NCBI GenBank assembly: GCA_030390025.1
Contig: CM059432.1
Location: 133,612,001 to 133,676,000 of the forward strand
Length of the DNA: 64,000 nucleotides
Reading direction: 5' to 3'
Source: Squalus acanthias
Lineage: Eukaryota
The translations under genes and the position numbers were made by a program. The notes beneath the pieces were generated by a model that saw nothing but the letters and a program-made list of their open reading frames with translations, did not search any database and had not been told where the DNA came from. Positions 11,865 through 24,027 of the stretch are shown piece by piece; the stretch's first letter is position 1; every line of letters starts with the position of its first letter.

Positions 11865-13354
11865 TAGGTTGCCAACTCTGGTCGGACGTATTCCTGAACG
11901 TTTGATTGCATGACATTTGGTCATGTGACACTCGGTTATGTGACATTTGGTCACGTGACATTTCAAGCAAGCCCACAAGCCCACTACTGGAATTTCCATA
12001 CTGTGTTCACTTTGTCTAACAAAATAATCCCAATGGGAAAAAGTGGAACAGTGCATGGTTTCCACCACATCCCAGTCGCAGGCTGGTTAGACAGGAGATG
12101 GGGAGAGTTTCTCCGCTGGAATTCGCTGAAAGCAATTTATTATAGGAACAAGGAATTTCCTCGTGGCTGGTCCCACGGGATGCTTTTTAGACGTGGTCCC
12201 TTACTCCTGAGTCATTCTACATGTTGCTGAAGTTGAAATGAACTCATGGCTTTCCGCAGGTGCTTTTTCCCTCCTTCCTTCGCTTTCTTTGTTTAAGCCT
12301 ATTTGTTTCCTGGTCAGCGTGCAACAGGGGACATTAGTTTGTGTAGCTGCACCGACAAAGGAAGATGAACCCATTTAATATCCATTCATTCCTTTAACAA
12401 TAGGCACATGACTTTCAATGTTTAAAAATAAAACTCGATATCCTCCCCAAGTGAAAGTTAATTGGAGTGAAATTGCAAATGGCAGAGGGCAGATAAATAT
12501 TTTCCCTCAGGCTACATGCAGTGCATGGAGATGTTTTCCTCTACCTTCCAGGCACTCCTGCAAGTTAAATTCGCTAATTATATCATTTCGACAACAACAA
12601 CTTGCATTTATATAGCCCCTTTAACATAATAAAACGTCCCAAGGCGCTGCACAGGAGCGATTATCAAACAAAATCTGACACTGAGCCACATAAGGAGATA
12701 TTAGGACAGGAGCTTGGTCAAAGAGGTAGGTTTTAAGGAGCATCTTAAAGGAGAGAGAGCTGGAGAGGCGGAAAGGTTTAGGGAGGGAATTCCAGAGCTT
12801 AGGGCCCAGGCAGCTGAAGGCACAGCCGCCAATGGTGGAGCGATAAAAATCGGGGATGCGCAAGAGGCCAGAATTGGAGGGGCGCAGCGATCTCGGAGGG
12901 TTGTAGGAGGTTACAGAGATAGAGAGGGGCGAGGCCATGGAGGCATTTGAAAATAAGAATGATAATTTTAAAATAAACATAATTTAAATAGGGCAAAATG
13001 GAAGGAAATGAGGTGATTAAAACAAGAGGATATGAGAACGCCTATGGGCCAAAAGCATGAGGACCCATGACTGAGTAAGAATGCGCCAGTTGCCCTTGGT
13101 TACCATTGGGAACATGCTGTGTTCTTTCTGCTGTTTAAACCGTGCAACATTCTCGGTCTAAATAAACTGTGCTGCTGCTGGATTAAGTATATTCTGCTGT
13201 ATTGGTGAATGGCTCCTGCCAATCTCAGGTAAATACCAGGAGTGGCCTTGCATGGAAATGTTACTTTAATGACTGGAGCTGCGTTTATTTTTAATTTTTA
13301 TCAATCGTCAATTCCAGGGAGAGTCCTGGCCAATCTGGCAGTGTTGGCAAACCT
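11865..13354 (-). mobile_element. Longer hAT-like non-autonomous element with internal 15-bp tandem repeat and an L2 insertion
   Basis: Left end TAGGTTGCCAACTCTGG and right end GTGTTGGCAAACCT match the termini of 2530-2917. (GTGACATTTGGTCAT)x~3.5 at 11908-11963. Confidence 0.45.
12590..12975 (-). mobile_element. L2 LINE 3' fragment
   Basis: FKIIILIFKCLHGLAPLYL...GGCAFSCLGPKLWNSLP...FKMLLKTYLF, with a (ttg)n tail. Confidence 0.9.
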
Positions 13355-13369
13355 TTGTGTCCAATTGAA

Positions 13370-13640
13370 CCATACAGACACAGGAGGCCTCAGGGGTTGA
13401 TCCCTAGGTCTGTGCTGAGTCAACTGATCGCACCCAGAGTCGTAGCCAGTTTTGCACAGTCAGTCTCAGCTCTCTTGACCTAGGGAAAGGAAAAGGAGGA
13501 CAGATTCTTGATGGCAATTCATTAACCTCTGCTGGAAAATGCACGTGTGGGGATCAGATGAGAGTGGGATTGGACTTGGCTGTGATGTTCTCCCTGACAG
13601 TGTAATCTCCTAAAATTCAATCTTCAGGCTCACACAATGA
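13370..13640 (+). mobile_element. Degenerate tRNA-derived SINE-like repeat
   Basis: B-box-like ggggttgatccc followed by a body resembling a shark SINE (from recall). Confidence 0.3.
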
Positions 13641-13779
13641 CCCAAACTGGAATAAAATCCCCACATTAAATTACGTTTGCAGATTATTTTCCAAAAACAC
13701 CACCAGATACCGTGAAATGATTTCACGGTTGTAATTTAATCTTGGGATTTTAGAGGACTGTTAAAATAATATAAGCTTC

Positions 13780-14247
13780 ACTGCTGTGGCTCAGTTGGTA
13801 GCACCCTCACCTCTGAGTCAGCAGATCATGGGTGTAAGTCCCACTCCAGAGACTTGAGCTCACAATCTAGGCTGACACTCCAGTGCAGTGCTGAGAGAGT
13901 GCTGCACTGTCAGAGGTGCCGTCTTTCAGATGAGACGTTAAACCGAGGCCCTGTCTGCCCTCTCAAGTGAATGCAAAAGATCCTACGGGCACTATTTCAA
14001 AGAAGAGCAGGGGAGTTATCCTCGGTGTCCTGGACAATATTTATCTCTCAACCAACATAACAAAAACAGATTATCTGGTCATTATCACATTGCTGTTTGT
14101 GGAACCTTGCTGTGCGCAAATTGGCTGCCACGTTTCCTGCATTACAATAGTGACGACACTTCAAAAGTAATTAATTGGCTGTAAAGCGCTTTAGGACATC
14201 CTGAAGTCGTGAAAGGTGCTATAGAAATGTAAGTCTTTCTTTCTTTT
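13780..14247 (+). mobile_element. DeuSINE (SacSINE1-like) full copy
   Basis: tRNA head with A and B boxes, Deu-domain (gatgagacgttaaaccgaggccc...ggcactattt..agaagagcagggg), L2-type tail and (tctt)n. Confidence 0.9.
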
Positions 14248-14374
14248 ATGATGCCATCTGAACCTATTGATTAGATTACAGACTTGTGTTCACTTCCAGG
14301 TACATAACGTTCTCCGTTTAAAAACAACCAACGCAGTTTGAACTGATGAGCTTTTATAGTGTAAGCCGCCTGTT

Positions 14375-15133
14375 GGCCTAGAAGTTCCGTTCCCTACGGG
14401 TGAGTACGCGCTGTGTACTCACCCGTCGGGCCAACGGAAGTGCCGGTTTTACGCATGCACTGCGCATGCGCTGGAAACCGGAACTTCCGTTCTCTGCAGA
14501 AAGGGCTTGACTGGACAAACACCTGCACCGGATAGGCAGCGCGTACGTTAGAAACTTCCATTTTTTTCACAGTTTTATCAGTCCAGGTAAGTCGGGAACA
14601 GCTGCGCCTAGAAAAGCAGGCGCAAGGCCTGCTTTTAGCAGGCTAATAGTTTAAGAAAGTAAAAAAAAAAAAATTTTCCACTGATTTATCATTTTAAAAT
14701 ACTTTAAAGAAAGATAAGTTTATTTTTAGCCCCGTTAAAATCTTTAATTATTTTTTTCAAAAATTTAAATTTGTGTTTAAAATAGTTAATTTATGTAATT
14801 TATAGTCATTTTAAAAATGTGATTTTTTTTTAAAATTTATTTGAAGTTTTACTTATGTTTTGGGGCTGATCTCTATTCATAGATTTGACAGGTCTTCCTG
14901 TCAAATCTTTGAATGGAGATTCCCTGCTCTGATTGGCTCCCCATGGCCCACGTGATCCCAGGGACGCTGCAAACTACCTGCACCCCTGGGATACGCGAGC
15001 CCTGCACACCGGCAGTTTGAAGAGGCACAGCAACGGAATTCTGCGCCTCCTGGGATCCCTCCGGTCCAGGCGCAGATCTTTCCGGATCGCAGCCCTCCGC
15101 CCGCGAGAGGGCTGCGAACGGAATTTCTGGGCC
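14375..15133 (+). mobile_element. Harbinger-type MITE family B, copy 1
   Basis: TIR GGCCTAGAAGTTCCGTTC/GAACGGAATTTCTGGGCC. Inverted homologue at 41548-42312. Confidence 0.8.
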
Positions 15134-15789
15134 AATATATTAACAGTATTGCATTTGTTATTTTTTCGCAAAAAGAAATGCAGTCAGATACCAAAAGTAT
15201 TCCTTTCAATCTTTCAGGGATTCCATCAGCCAAACTGCAGAAGTCAGCATATATCATTTTGTTGGGTTTTATTTCAGAATTCACCCATAATCACTTTGTA
15301 TTAAAATGTACGTTGAATTGGGCAACATGCAATTTTAATTTTTATTCTCTCGTCTTATACTGCATTACATGATTATATTGCCAGCTATTCTATGTCATGT
15401 ATTGGTTTTCCTTGTGCTATAACTCCTTTTAGTCTAAAATGCCCTAAAGCATTTTCGTTTTGAATCACTACAAACTATGCAATAGGCCAGTACTCTTATC
15501 TGAATTAAAAATCTAAAACAGCTAACAGTCCACAGTGGAGGAATAAGCACAATAACTGACCATCAATTATATTAAAGCGTTCCTTCAAATCACACTACCA
15601 GAGTCAGTTCGCCCACCTGCAAGTAGTAAGGAGACGCAAGCAAGACACACACAGTGACTGACATTAAGCATCGCAATAAATCCCATATGGAATGAAGAAT
15701 GCGAGACAGGGGATGTCGGATGTATACTAAACACAAGGAGTGAACACGCACTATTCCAAAATTGGCTTCTTCAGATTAAAGATAAGGAA

Positions 15790-16395
15790 CATAACTGGAA
15801 TTTTGCCAAGGTAAATAAACGCCACCATGGTCTAGTCCTTGGTAAGTACTGCGTACAATTCTGGTCGCCATCTAAAAAGGATATAGAGGCACTGGAGAGG
15901 GGGCAAAAAAGATTTACAAGTTTGATACCAGAAATGTGAGGTTATACCTATCAGGAAAGGATGAACAGGCTGGGTCTCTTTTCTCTTGAAAAGAGAAGGC
16001 TGAGGGATGACCTAATAGAGGTCTTTAAAATTATGAAAGGTTTTGATAGAGTAGACACAGAGAGTGTATCCACTTGTGGGGAAGAGCAAAACTAGAGGCC
16101 ATCAATATAAGATAGTCACCAAGAAATTAAATAGGGAATTCAGATGAAACTTTTTCACCCAGAGAGTGGTGAGAATGTGGATCTCGCTAACACAGGGAGT
16201 GGTTGAAACGAATAGTATAGATGCATTTAAGGAAAGGCTAGATAAGCATGTGAGGGAAAAGGGAATAGAGGGTTACGCTAATGGAGTTAAATGAGTGAAG
16301 ACGGGAGGAGGCTCGAGTGGAGCATAAACGCCGGCATGGACTGGTTGGGCCGAATGGCCTGTTTCTGTGCTGTATATCCTATGTAATCCTATGTA
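15790..16395 (+). mobile_element. CR1 3' fragment
   Basis: YCVQFWSP...LRDDLIEVFKIMKG, then 3' UTR and (ctatgtaat)n tail. Confidence 0.9.
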
Positions 16396-16619
16396 GTCTA
16401 ATAGCACCTGGCAGCAGATCTGCATTTGAGCCTTAGTAACTGAGGGAAATAGCATGTGTCCAGTGTGTGGTATCAAGTGATGGGTCTGCAAGCAAAGTTT
16501 AATGAACTGTGGGATGGACCTACCATTAGATCCAACCATTGGCACATCATTGGTCCTCATTTGAGCCTGAGAGCCTGGGCAGAGGCAGGGGAGGAGGAAG
16601 GAGAGAGGCAGGTATGCCT

Positions 16620-17790
16620 CCAAGTATGGCTCCTGCTGGTCTAGAAGATGTCCAGCTGAAGATGCTTAAAGAAATGGAACATGTCCTTGCCTGTATCTTT
16701 AAAAGCTCGCTAGAATTGGGGTTTGTTCCCTTGGACTGGAAGAATGCTCGCATAGTTCTGATTTTCATAATGGGTGACAAGTCAAGAACTAGGGAACTAT
16801 AGGCTAATTAGATTGATTTCAATCATAGGCAAGATGATTGAAGGGGTCATAAAGGATGCTCTCTATGATTGCCTGGATAGAGAAGGTGTTATCAGAGGCA
16901 CTCAACACAGCTTCATGAAAAAAGGTCATAACCTACTAATTTGATTGAATTTTATGAAGTTACTAGGTTGGTGGACAAAGTTGACATTGTCTACTTAGAT
17001 TTTCAGAAAGCCTTTGATAAGGTACCTCACAATAGGTTACTCTATAAGATAGAATTTGTGGAATTGGTGGGAAGTTTGAGCGGAGGCTTGATCTAATCCG
17101 GTGTCTGATCCAGCGCAGCGCCCTCTACAGGGAATCCAAAAGACACCACTTCCGACAGTGCGGCACTCCCTCAGCACAGGACTGGAGTGTCAGCCTAGAT
17201 GTTTGCACTCAAGTCTCTGGAGTGGGACTATGAACCCACAACCTTCTGACTCAGAGGCAAGGTTGCTCCCAACTGAGCCACGGCTGACACCATGTCAGTT
17301 AGATGGATTGGGGAGGACCAGAGGGGTCATTCATTATTCACCAGGTTAGATGTGAGGAGGTGGTTCAGTGGACAGCAGATCTATGAAACAGGTTACCAGC
17401 TCTGCGGTGAGTGCTGATTCGCTGCATACCTTCACAAGTGAGCTGGAGCAGAATTTATGGAATTGGAGATCACGACATACAAAAGGTAGGTGGAATACTA
17501 AGTAATATAAATCATGGTCATTGTGGCCGCCTGGATTAGTTTAGATCAGCTAAGAGTGTCAGAGAGGAATTTTCCAGATTCTCTCCCCCTAAATTGGCCT
17601 TGTTTTTTTTTAAATCTTTCTTTTGCTGCTCCCGGGAGATTACATGGTTGCTGGTGAGTTTGGGACGTGGGGGGGAGGGTGGGGGGTGAGGTGGTGTGGT
17701 GTTGTGATTCATGATGCTTAAGGCATCACAACTGTATGGGGCAGGCTCAGTGGACCAGCTGGTCTTTTGCTGTCCATCAGTTTTGTATGT
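16620..17790 (+). mobile_element. Old fragmented CR1 (RT and 3' part) with MITE and SINE pieces inside
   Basis: VPLDWKNA, NYRLI, YLDFQKAFDKVPH motifs. Family C piece at 17070-17137 and SINE head at 17150-17290. Confidence 0.7.
17150..17290 (-). mobile_element. DeuSINE 5' fragment
   Basis: Reverse complement of the tRNA head of 20356-20822. Confidence 0.85.
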
Positions 17791-18002
17791 TGGCGGTGAG
17801 TTTCAATGAAACATACAAATAATTCTGTGTTTCTAGCACAGGGTATATTTATAGTTAGTGATCTTATCTCCCATCTACTGACAAAATACTAATCATCTGC
17901 AACTGTCTGTTTCATCACAGCACTATTTAGTTTCAAATCTTTTCCAGGATACAGTGGAATCTATTTAAAGTCTGCACGTACAAGTTATTTTAACTGACTT
18001 AC

Positions 18003-18255
18003 CCCCAGGATGCCATCCACTATAAATATTGCCAGAGGGTCAAGCACTGTCCAAAGTCCCATTGCCATGATAAACTTTGACAAGAAGGAAGGGAATGAGC
18101 CAAATAGTACATGACAGCCCCATCTGATCATAGCCATAATAAGCATAGCTACATTCAAGGTCAGAGGTCCCAGGGCTACGATGGTCAGCTCCTCGCGAGT
18201 GTGCAGCAGTGAATTCTGGTAGCTGAGTTCAACTGTATGTGGATAAAAATGGAAC
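18003..18255 (-). CDS. OFCC1: Host gene coding exon C (KFHFYPHTVELSYQNSLLHTREEL...LWTVLDPLAIFIVDGILG), TM helices 2-3
   Basis: ctttttgcttttaag|GTTCCAT...ATCCTGGGG|gtaagt. 253 nt, phase 2/0, inside ORF 17985-18266. Confidence 0.85.
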
Positions 18256-18329
18256 CTTAAAAGCAAAAAGAAATTGAAAAATTAATGTGATTACATCTGT
18301 ACTTACAATGTCATGACTGTACTCTTAAT

Positions 18330-19092
18330 GGCTCGGATTTTGCAGCCAACGGCGAAGGAACGGCGCTTGCCATTCACCTCGCTGACAGCTGCCTACCAAG
18401 TTTTTGCGGGCATTTGAGCAGAGGGTTGATCTAATCCTGTGTTTGATCCAGTGCAGCGCCCTCTACAGGGAATCTGTGGCCTCTGTGAGCAGGTCCAGCA
18501 ACAACAAGGCTCTTCAACCAATCAGATTGAAGAATCCTCACTGAGCCATGCAGAGTCCAAACCAGGAAATATAAAGCAGCAAGTATAAATTAGATTTAAA
18601 TCATGCACAGAAAGCAAAATAAAGATTGGGAAAGACAGGTGGGATTAAGAGAGAGATATAAGAGTCAGACAGAAAAAGTAAAAAAAAAAGTTATTTTAAT
18701 TTTTTTTAAATCTCCAACACTAATTAACTTCTGAAGGAATGAGACTCCACACTTGTAAAATTACATTTTCAGAGCCAGAGATGTTGCTTGGTAGTAATTA
18801 TCACTTATCACACCATTAAAAATTCACTTACTCTTGAATGCATTGGCCCTAACTTTTACTGGCATCTTTAGTGGGGAACTTGTGGGTAAGGACCCCAACT
18901 TCACACCATTACATTGATTTCAGTGCCGAGTCTATCGGCAAGGACCGTTACGTGCAGCCTCTGGAGGAGCGGGGTATCTCTGACAGCAACTTCCGAATTT
19001 CCACATTTAAATGCGCATGCCGTTTCGATTTCCTCTGTAATAATGGTGAGCACTGATCGCCTCACTGTTATTCTCAACGCAAAATCCGGGCC
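18330..19092 (+). mobile_element. Harbinger-type MITE family C
   Basis: TIR GGCTCGGATTTTGC/GCAAAATCCGGGCC with TSD AAT. Confidence 0.8.
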
Positions 19093-19983
19093 AATATAGT
19101 TCAAAAATCAAAAGGTACATCCATATTTCAATCATCCATTATGTCTTTATGGTCACTTTAAATATTTCAATGGTTAATCACCAGGGATTACAGCCATGCT
19201 CCTATGGTGAAATGGTGCAGTGGGTTGATATGCCAATGTAACTTTGTACCCATGATACCCCCATGGGCACAGTTAACTGGGTCATCAACAAAACAAAAAA
19301 CAGGGCACTTTTCCACGTGAAGGAAGATAATAATGGGTGGATGGAGTCACCTCAGCCCATCGACATTGCCTAGAGGACAGTTACAGAGCATCATTAATAG
19401 TGGTCTGGTAGCAGATGGTCTCTCTCAGCCAGAAAACAGGTTTGAGAACCCAGAGGAAAAGGATGCACAGGGGAAAAATTGGGGAAAAATATCAATAAAA
19501 ATCATCAAAACATTGCTGCATTGGAGTTTTTTGGGCTTGGCTATTACATTCCTTTCATAATGGTTATTACATTCCTTATGCAATATATAAATTTTAAATT
19601 AGTACAGTAAAATCATTAGAAAAATAACAACTATGCATTTATTTTACATGACCTCACCAGAAACAATGTTCATCTATTTTTAAGCAGTAATTAGTTGGAG
19701 AGAGCATGTTGAGAAGATGGACAGCACTTCTATATCAAATGCAACCAATGCTGCAATCTTGGGCATCAATGCCTTTCATGTACTTGTCATTTTTTATGCC
19801 AGTCATCAGATGGGAAATTACTATAAAGGATTTGAAAGTGTCTAGGAATGTACATTTTTACTTTCTATGCTTACATTTATATAAAGCCAAACTGAATATG
19901 TAAACCATTAGGACTTAAAATTATGCTGTGGGATACTATCACATAAATGCTGAATGCATTTGTCTTAAGTTCCTCTCTCTGTT

Positions 19984-20312
19984 ATAAGAACATAAGTAGG
20001 AGGAGCAGGAGTAGGCCATATGGCCCCTCGAGCCTGCTCCGCCATTCAATAAGATCATGGCTGATCTTCTACCTCAACTCCACTTTCCCACCCTATCCCC
20101 ATATCCCTTGATTCCCTTAGTGTCCAAAAATCTATCGATCTCAGTCTTGAATATACTCAACGACTGAACATCCACAGCCCTCTGAGGTAGAGAATTTCAA
20201 AGATTCACAACCCTCTGAGTGAAGAAATTTCTCCTCGTCTCAGTCCTAAATGGCCGACCCCTTATCCTGAGTCTATGACCCCTAGTTCCAGACTCTCCAG
20301 TCAGGGGAAACA
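19984..20312 (-). mobile_element. CR1 3' fragment
   Basis: (ataagaac) tail; reverse complement of the CR1 C-terminus and 3' UTR. Confidence 0.9.
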
Positions 20313-20355
20313 GTATCTTAATGGAGGCACAAACCTATTTAATTTAAATTGGTAT

Positions 20356-20822
20356 GTCAGCCGTGGCTCAGTGGGTAGCACTCTCGTCTCTGAGTCAGAA
20401 GGTTGTGGGTTCAAGTCCCACTCCAGAGACTTGACATAAAGCTAGGCTGACACTCCAGTGCAGTGCTGAGGGAGTGCTGCACTGTCGGAGGTGCCGTCTT
20501 TTGGATGAGATGTTAAACCGAGGCCCAGTCTGCCTCTCAGGTGGACATAAAAGATCCTATGGCACTATTTCGAAGAAGAGCAGGGGAGTTATCCCCGGTG
20601 TCCTGGCCAATATTTATCCCTCAATTGCCATCACTAAAACAGATTGTCTGGTCATTATCACATTGCTGTTTGTGGGAGCTTGCTGTGCGCAAAATGGCTG
20701 CTGCGTTTCCTTCATTACAACAGTGACTACACTTCAAAAAGTACTTCATTGGCTGTAAAGCGCTTTGGGACGTTCAGTGGTCGTGAAAGGCGCTGTATAA
20801 ATGCAAGTCTTTCTTTCTTTTT
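20356..20822 (+). mobile_element. DeuSINE (SacSINE1-like) full copy
   Basis: A box TGGCTCAGTGG at 20364, B box GGTTCAAGTCC at 20408, Deu-domain, L2-like tail. Confidence 0.92.
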
Positions 20823-21632
20823 GACTCTGCTAAAACAGTGAGGATGAGAATGTCCGCTGAACATGTTAAGCATTCCTACAGTAGCACACCACTGGGTAAT
20901 TTCTAGGTCGTTGTTATTTATCTTTTTGATTGAAGAGGAAATGTCTTCAAGAAAGAGTGTTTCAGGAACGTTTTCTCTTTATTTGGGGAGGGAGAGGAGA
21001 TAGAATGAGCTGTGCATCATTTGTGTTCCAATGTCACGTGCCAGTGGCAGGATGATGCATTTCAAAGGGATTTATGCCATTGTGTCACATGTTTGAAAAG
21101 AAATGAAGACACTTTTTCATGAAGACAGTTCCTTTTTACAATGACTATTCTAAGGCTTGAATGCTAAATTCTGGGAAGACAGAAAGGGGAGGTAAGGCGC
21201 GTGGTTGATGGATGAAAATCTTGTTTTGGAGCAATTTTAAACAAAAGCTGTATGATGCACACTATTTGGGATTGATGATATGACATTAATTAGATGGCGC
21301 CGTCATGTGACACCCAGTATCTGTCGTCTTCAAAATTCTATTAAAGCTTCGCAGTTACTTTCCGAACTTTATCCTACAATTGTGATACAGTGGATTATTA
21401 ACCATGTTTCAAAAATAAATAAGAGTTCTCAGTATAAACTCTTCCAGAGGTCAACGTGGTATAATAAATACATAAAATTGATTCCCTGTGTCATTTTTTT
21501 ACACAAACTCATTTGTCATGTCATTTTGATTCCTCCGATAAAGAGCAATAAACTAGTTACTGAAGATGCAAAAGTTTGCTTTGAGCTGCTTCCCAGCATC
21601 TCATACATAAATATCAAGGCCAGTGAGCCTAC

Positions 21633-21848
21633 TTGTTGACGGGGACGCCAAGCGCCTGGAGGTAGAGCCACTGGCTGCAGTAATGCAGGTAAAGCCGCAC
21701 AAACCAGATCAAAGCTACGAGCAGCATAATGAGCCAGGCCTCCGATGAGCACCAGTGTGAAACTCCGAGCTCTTCCAGGAACATCTCCCCCACAAACCGG
21801 GTGTGCGTGGCAAACGTCTTCACTGCTTCATCGGGGGAAGAATCTGAC
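21633..21848 (-). CDS. OFCC1: Host gene coding exon B (SDSSPDEAVKTFATHTRFVGEMFLEELGVSHWCSSEAWLIMLLVALIWFVRLYLHYCSQWLYLQALGVPVN), TM helix 1
   Basis: ttgtctttgtaattttccag|G...GTCAACAA|gtaggc. 216 nt, phase 2/2, frame-compatible with exons A and C. Contains a hydrophobic helix. Confidence 0.85.
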
Positions 21849-22181
21849 CTGGAAAATTACAAAGACAATTCGCCATTTAACATTATACCGCAGGCCCAGC
21901 AAATTAAGAAGAAGAATTCTTATGCTTTACTGCAAATGCAGAAGTCGTGATTCCATATTTCTCCATAATATCTGATATTTTAAAATGGAAAAGTTAGCAA
22001 ATCTTACACTGGTAGAAGGATTTGTGCAACGCTACGAGCCCCGATAAAAGTGAACAGACTCATAAACCTATCCTACTTTGTGAAAGCTCAGAAAGGGCTC
22101 AGCTATGTGTTCCCTCAGATCCTACTTCTGAAGGTGCTCGCGTATACATATCCTTATGCCCTGCCTGCCAAGGGATTCACT

Positions 22182-22783
22182 GGGGTAGAAATGGGACCTC
22201 GTTGCCCCTGTTTTATGGCCAGTTTCGGGGGCCAACGTCCCGTGCCGAAAGGATGCCTGAAAGACGTGTGACTCGATATTGGGTAGAGCCGGCTGCGTAA
22301 GATAGGCGTTAGGCCCCTTACCTATGTTAATAAGGGGACCAAACCCTTAGTTTAGGCCCCCTCTGCTATATTTAATATTGCGGAGCACAACAGGAGCCAT
22401 GCCTGCTCCGCTTGAGATTCTTAAGCGGTTGCTCGGCAACCACTAAAAATCTTTGCTATGGAGCCAGTAGGAGTGCTGTCTCCACCACCCACCCCTACCC
22501 CGCCCCGCCTCCCCGCCCCGCCCCCGACTCCACAGTATCCTGATCGGCTGGGCCCCCGTTGCCGTGCCAACCCCTCGCCCAGACCACTGCCGGCGAGACA
22601 AGCGGCCCGATACTCGTGTCTTTGATTGGTAAGCTGCCTGGGGAGGTGCAGCAGGCGCCAGCACCTCGCCCAATTAATAATAACGAGGCCCAAGGCCCAA
22701 TTTCGGGCCGACCTCAGGCCTGCCGGTTTGGGCTTGTGTTGCCTTCACGTTTAAAAACTAGGGCAGCAGCGAATTTATACCCC
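22182..22783. mobile_element. Harbinger-type MITE
   Basis: TIR GGGGTAGAAAT/ATTTATACCCC, flanks ACT/ATT. Confidence 0.65.
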
Positions 22784-24027
22784 ATTGCCTCCCAAGCTGC
22801 TTACGCTGGGAATTTCCTCAGGGTTACGCGTGTATCCCGGTGTTACCGCCAAAGTTACGCCGACCGATCGGGAGAACCTCCCCAAGGAAATTCCAAGCGT
22901 TGCAGTCGACCTCTGAAAGGCTGTAAATACTCGCACCATTTTACAATTTACCGTTGCATCTTCCTAGTGGTAAAGTTTCCAATATTCTGAAATTAACCGA
23001 AACTCGAACAGGGATGGTCCTTTCTGCTTTTACAGTCATTTATGACGCAAAGAATTCTTTCAGTGTTTGACACTGATTAAAATTTCCTTTAGTTTATTAT
23101 ACATGAGGGCAAATGGTACCCAACCATCAAATTCCGTTATTGAATTATACAAGCTCTTAAACCTGTGTACTGATTAAATCATATCTGACTATTCAACCTG
23201 GTTCTGTGGAAGTTGAATATTATTACAGCAAAGCTGATTCATATTTGTCCCTCTTTTTTAAAAAAAAGGTGATCTACAAAACCATACACTGCCTGGAGAA
23301 CATATTTCACAGAAGTAGGTCAAGTTATTAGGTTGTCAATGAGACAATGCTAAGATGTGCAGGAGGAGGTCCTTAGAGCATAGTTGACCTCGTAACATGG
23401 AACCACAAGATGTGAGTTGACCAGTTCTATCATGTGAGCGTAAATCAACATGTACTGTGAAGCAAGAGGTATGGGCCTGCTACTGCGCTTATAATGTTTT
23501 TATAAATCATCACCAAGAACAATATTATTAATTAAATAGACTCTCTTGCAACTTGGGCAGGTTCTTTCAGTAACTTTAGGTAATAATATGAAATAAAATG
23601 TACTCAATTGCAGCTTTTAAATCATTTTGAAGAACAAAATTATTAATTACACTTATTCTGTTACAGACCAGCAAGTTTATAAATCAAATTCTGAGCAAGA
23701 CTTTCCAAATGCTCATATGAATTTTTACATATCATTTTAATGCTACCTCTGCCCCACACGTTTGTTAGACTGCAATATGAATGAATTAATTATGCTGCAC
23801 ATTTAATTGACTGCTGCTGAATAAGGCTTGGGTAGAACGTATTTTACCAGGATGTATTGCACATGGTTAAAATCTGCATACTTACAGTCGGCACAGTTAC
23901 CAGGCACATACATGTTCTGCAACGTGCTGTTTAATTCTCTACTCCACTAACTTTGTAGAATGGTTTGTTTAGAGTTAAAAGCATCACTCTTGTTTGCTTA
24001 GAAATGATATGATTATTTCGAAGCTAA

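Noticed and set aside
20356..20430. tRNA genes
   Set aside because: The A/B boxes belong to SINE heads that continue into the Deu-domain.
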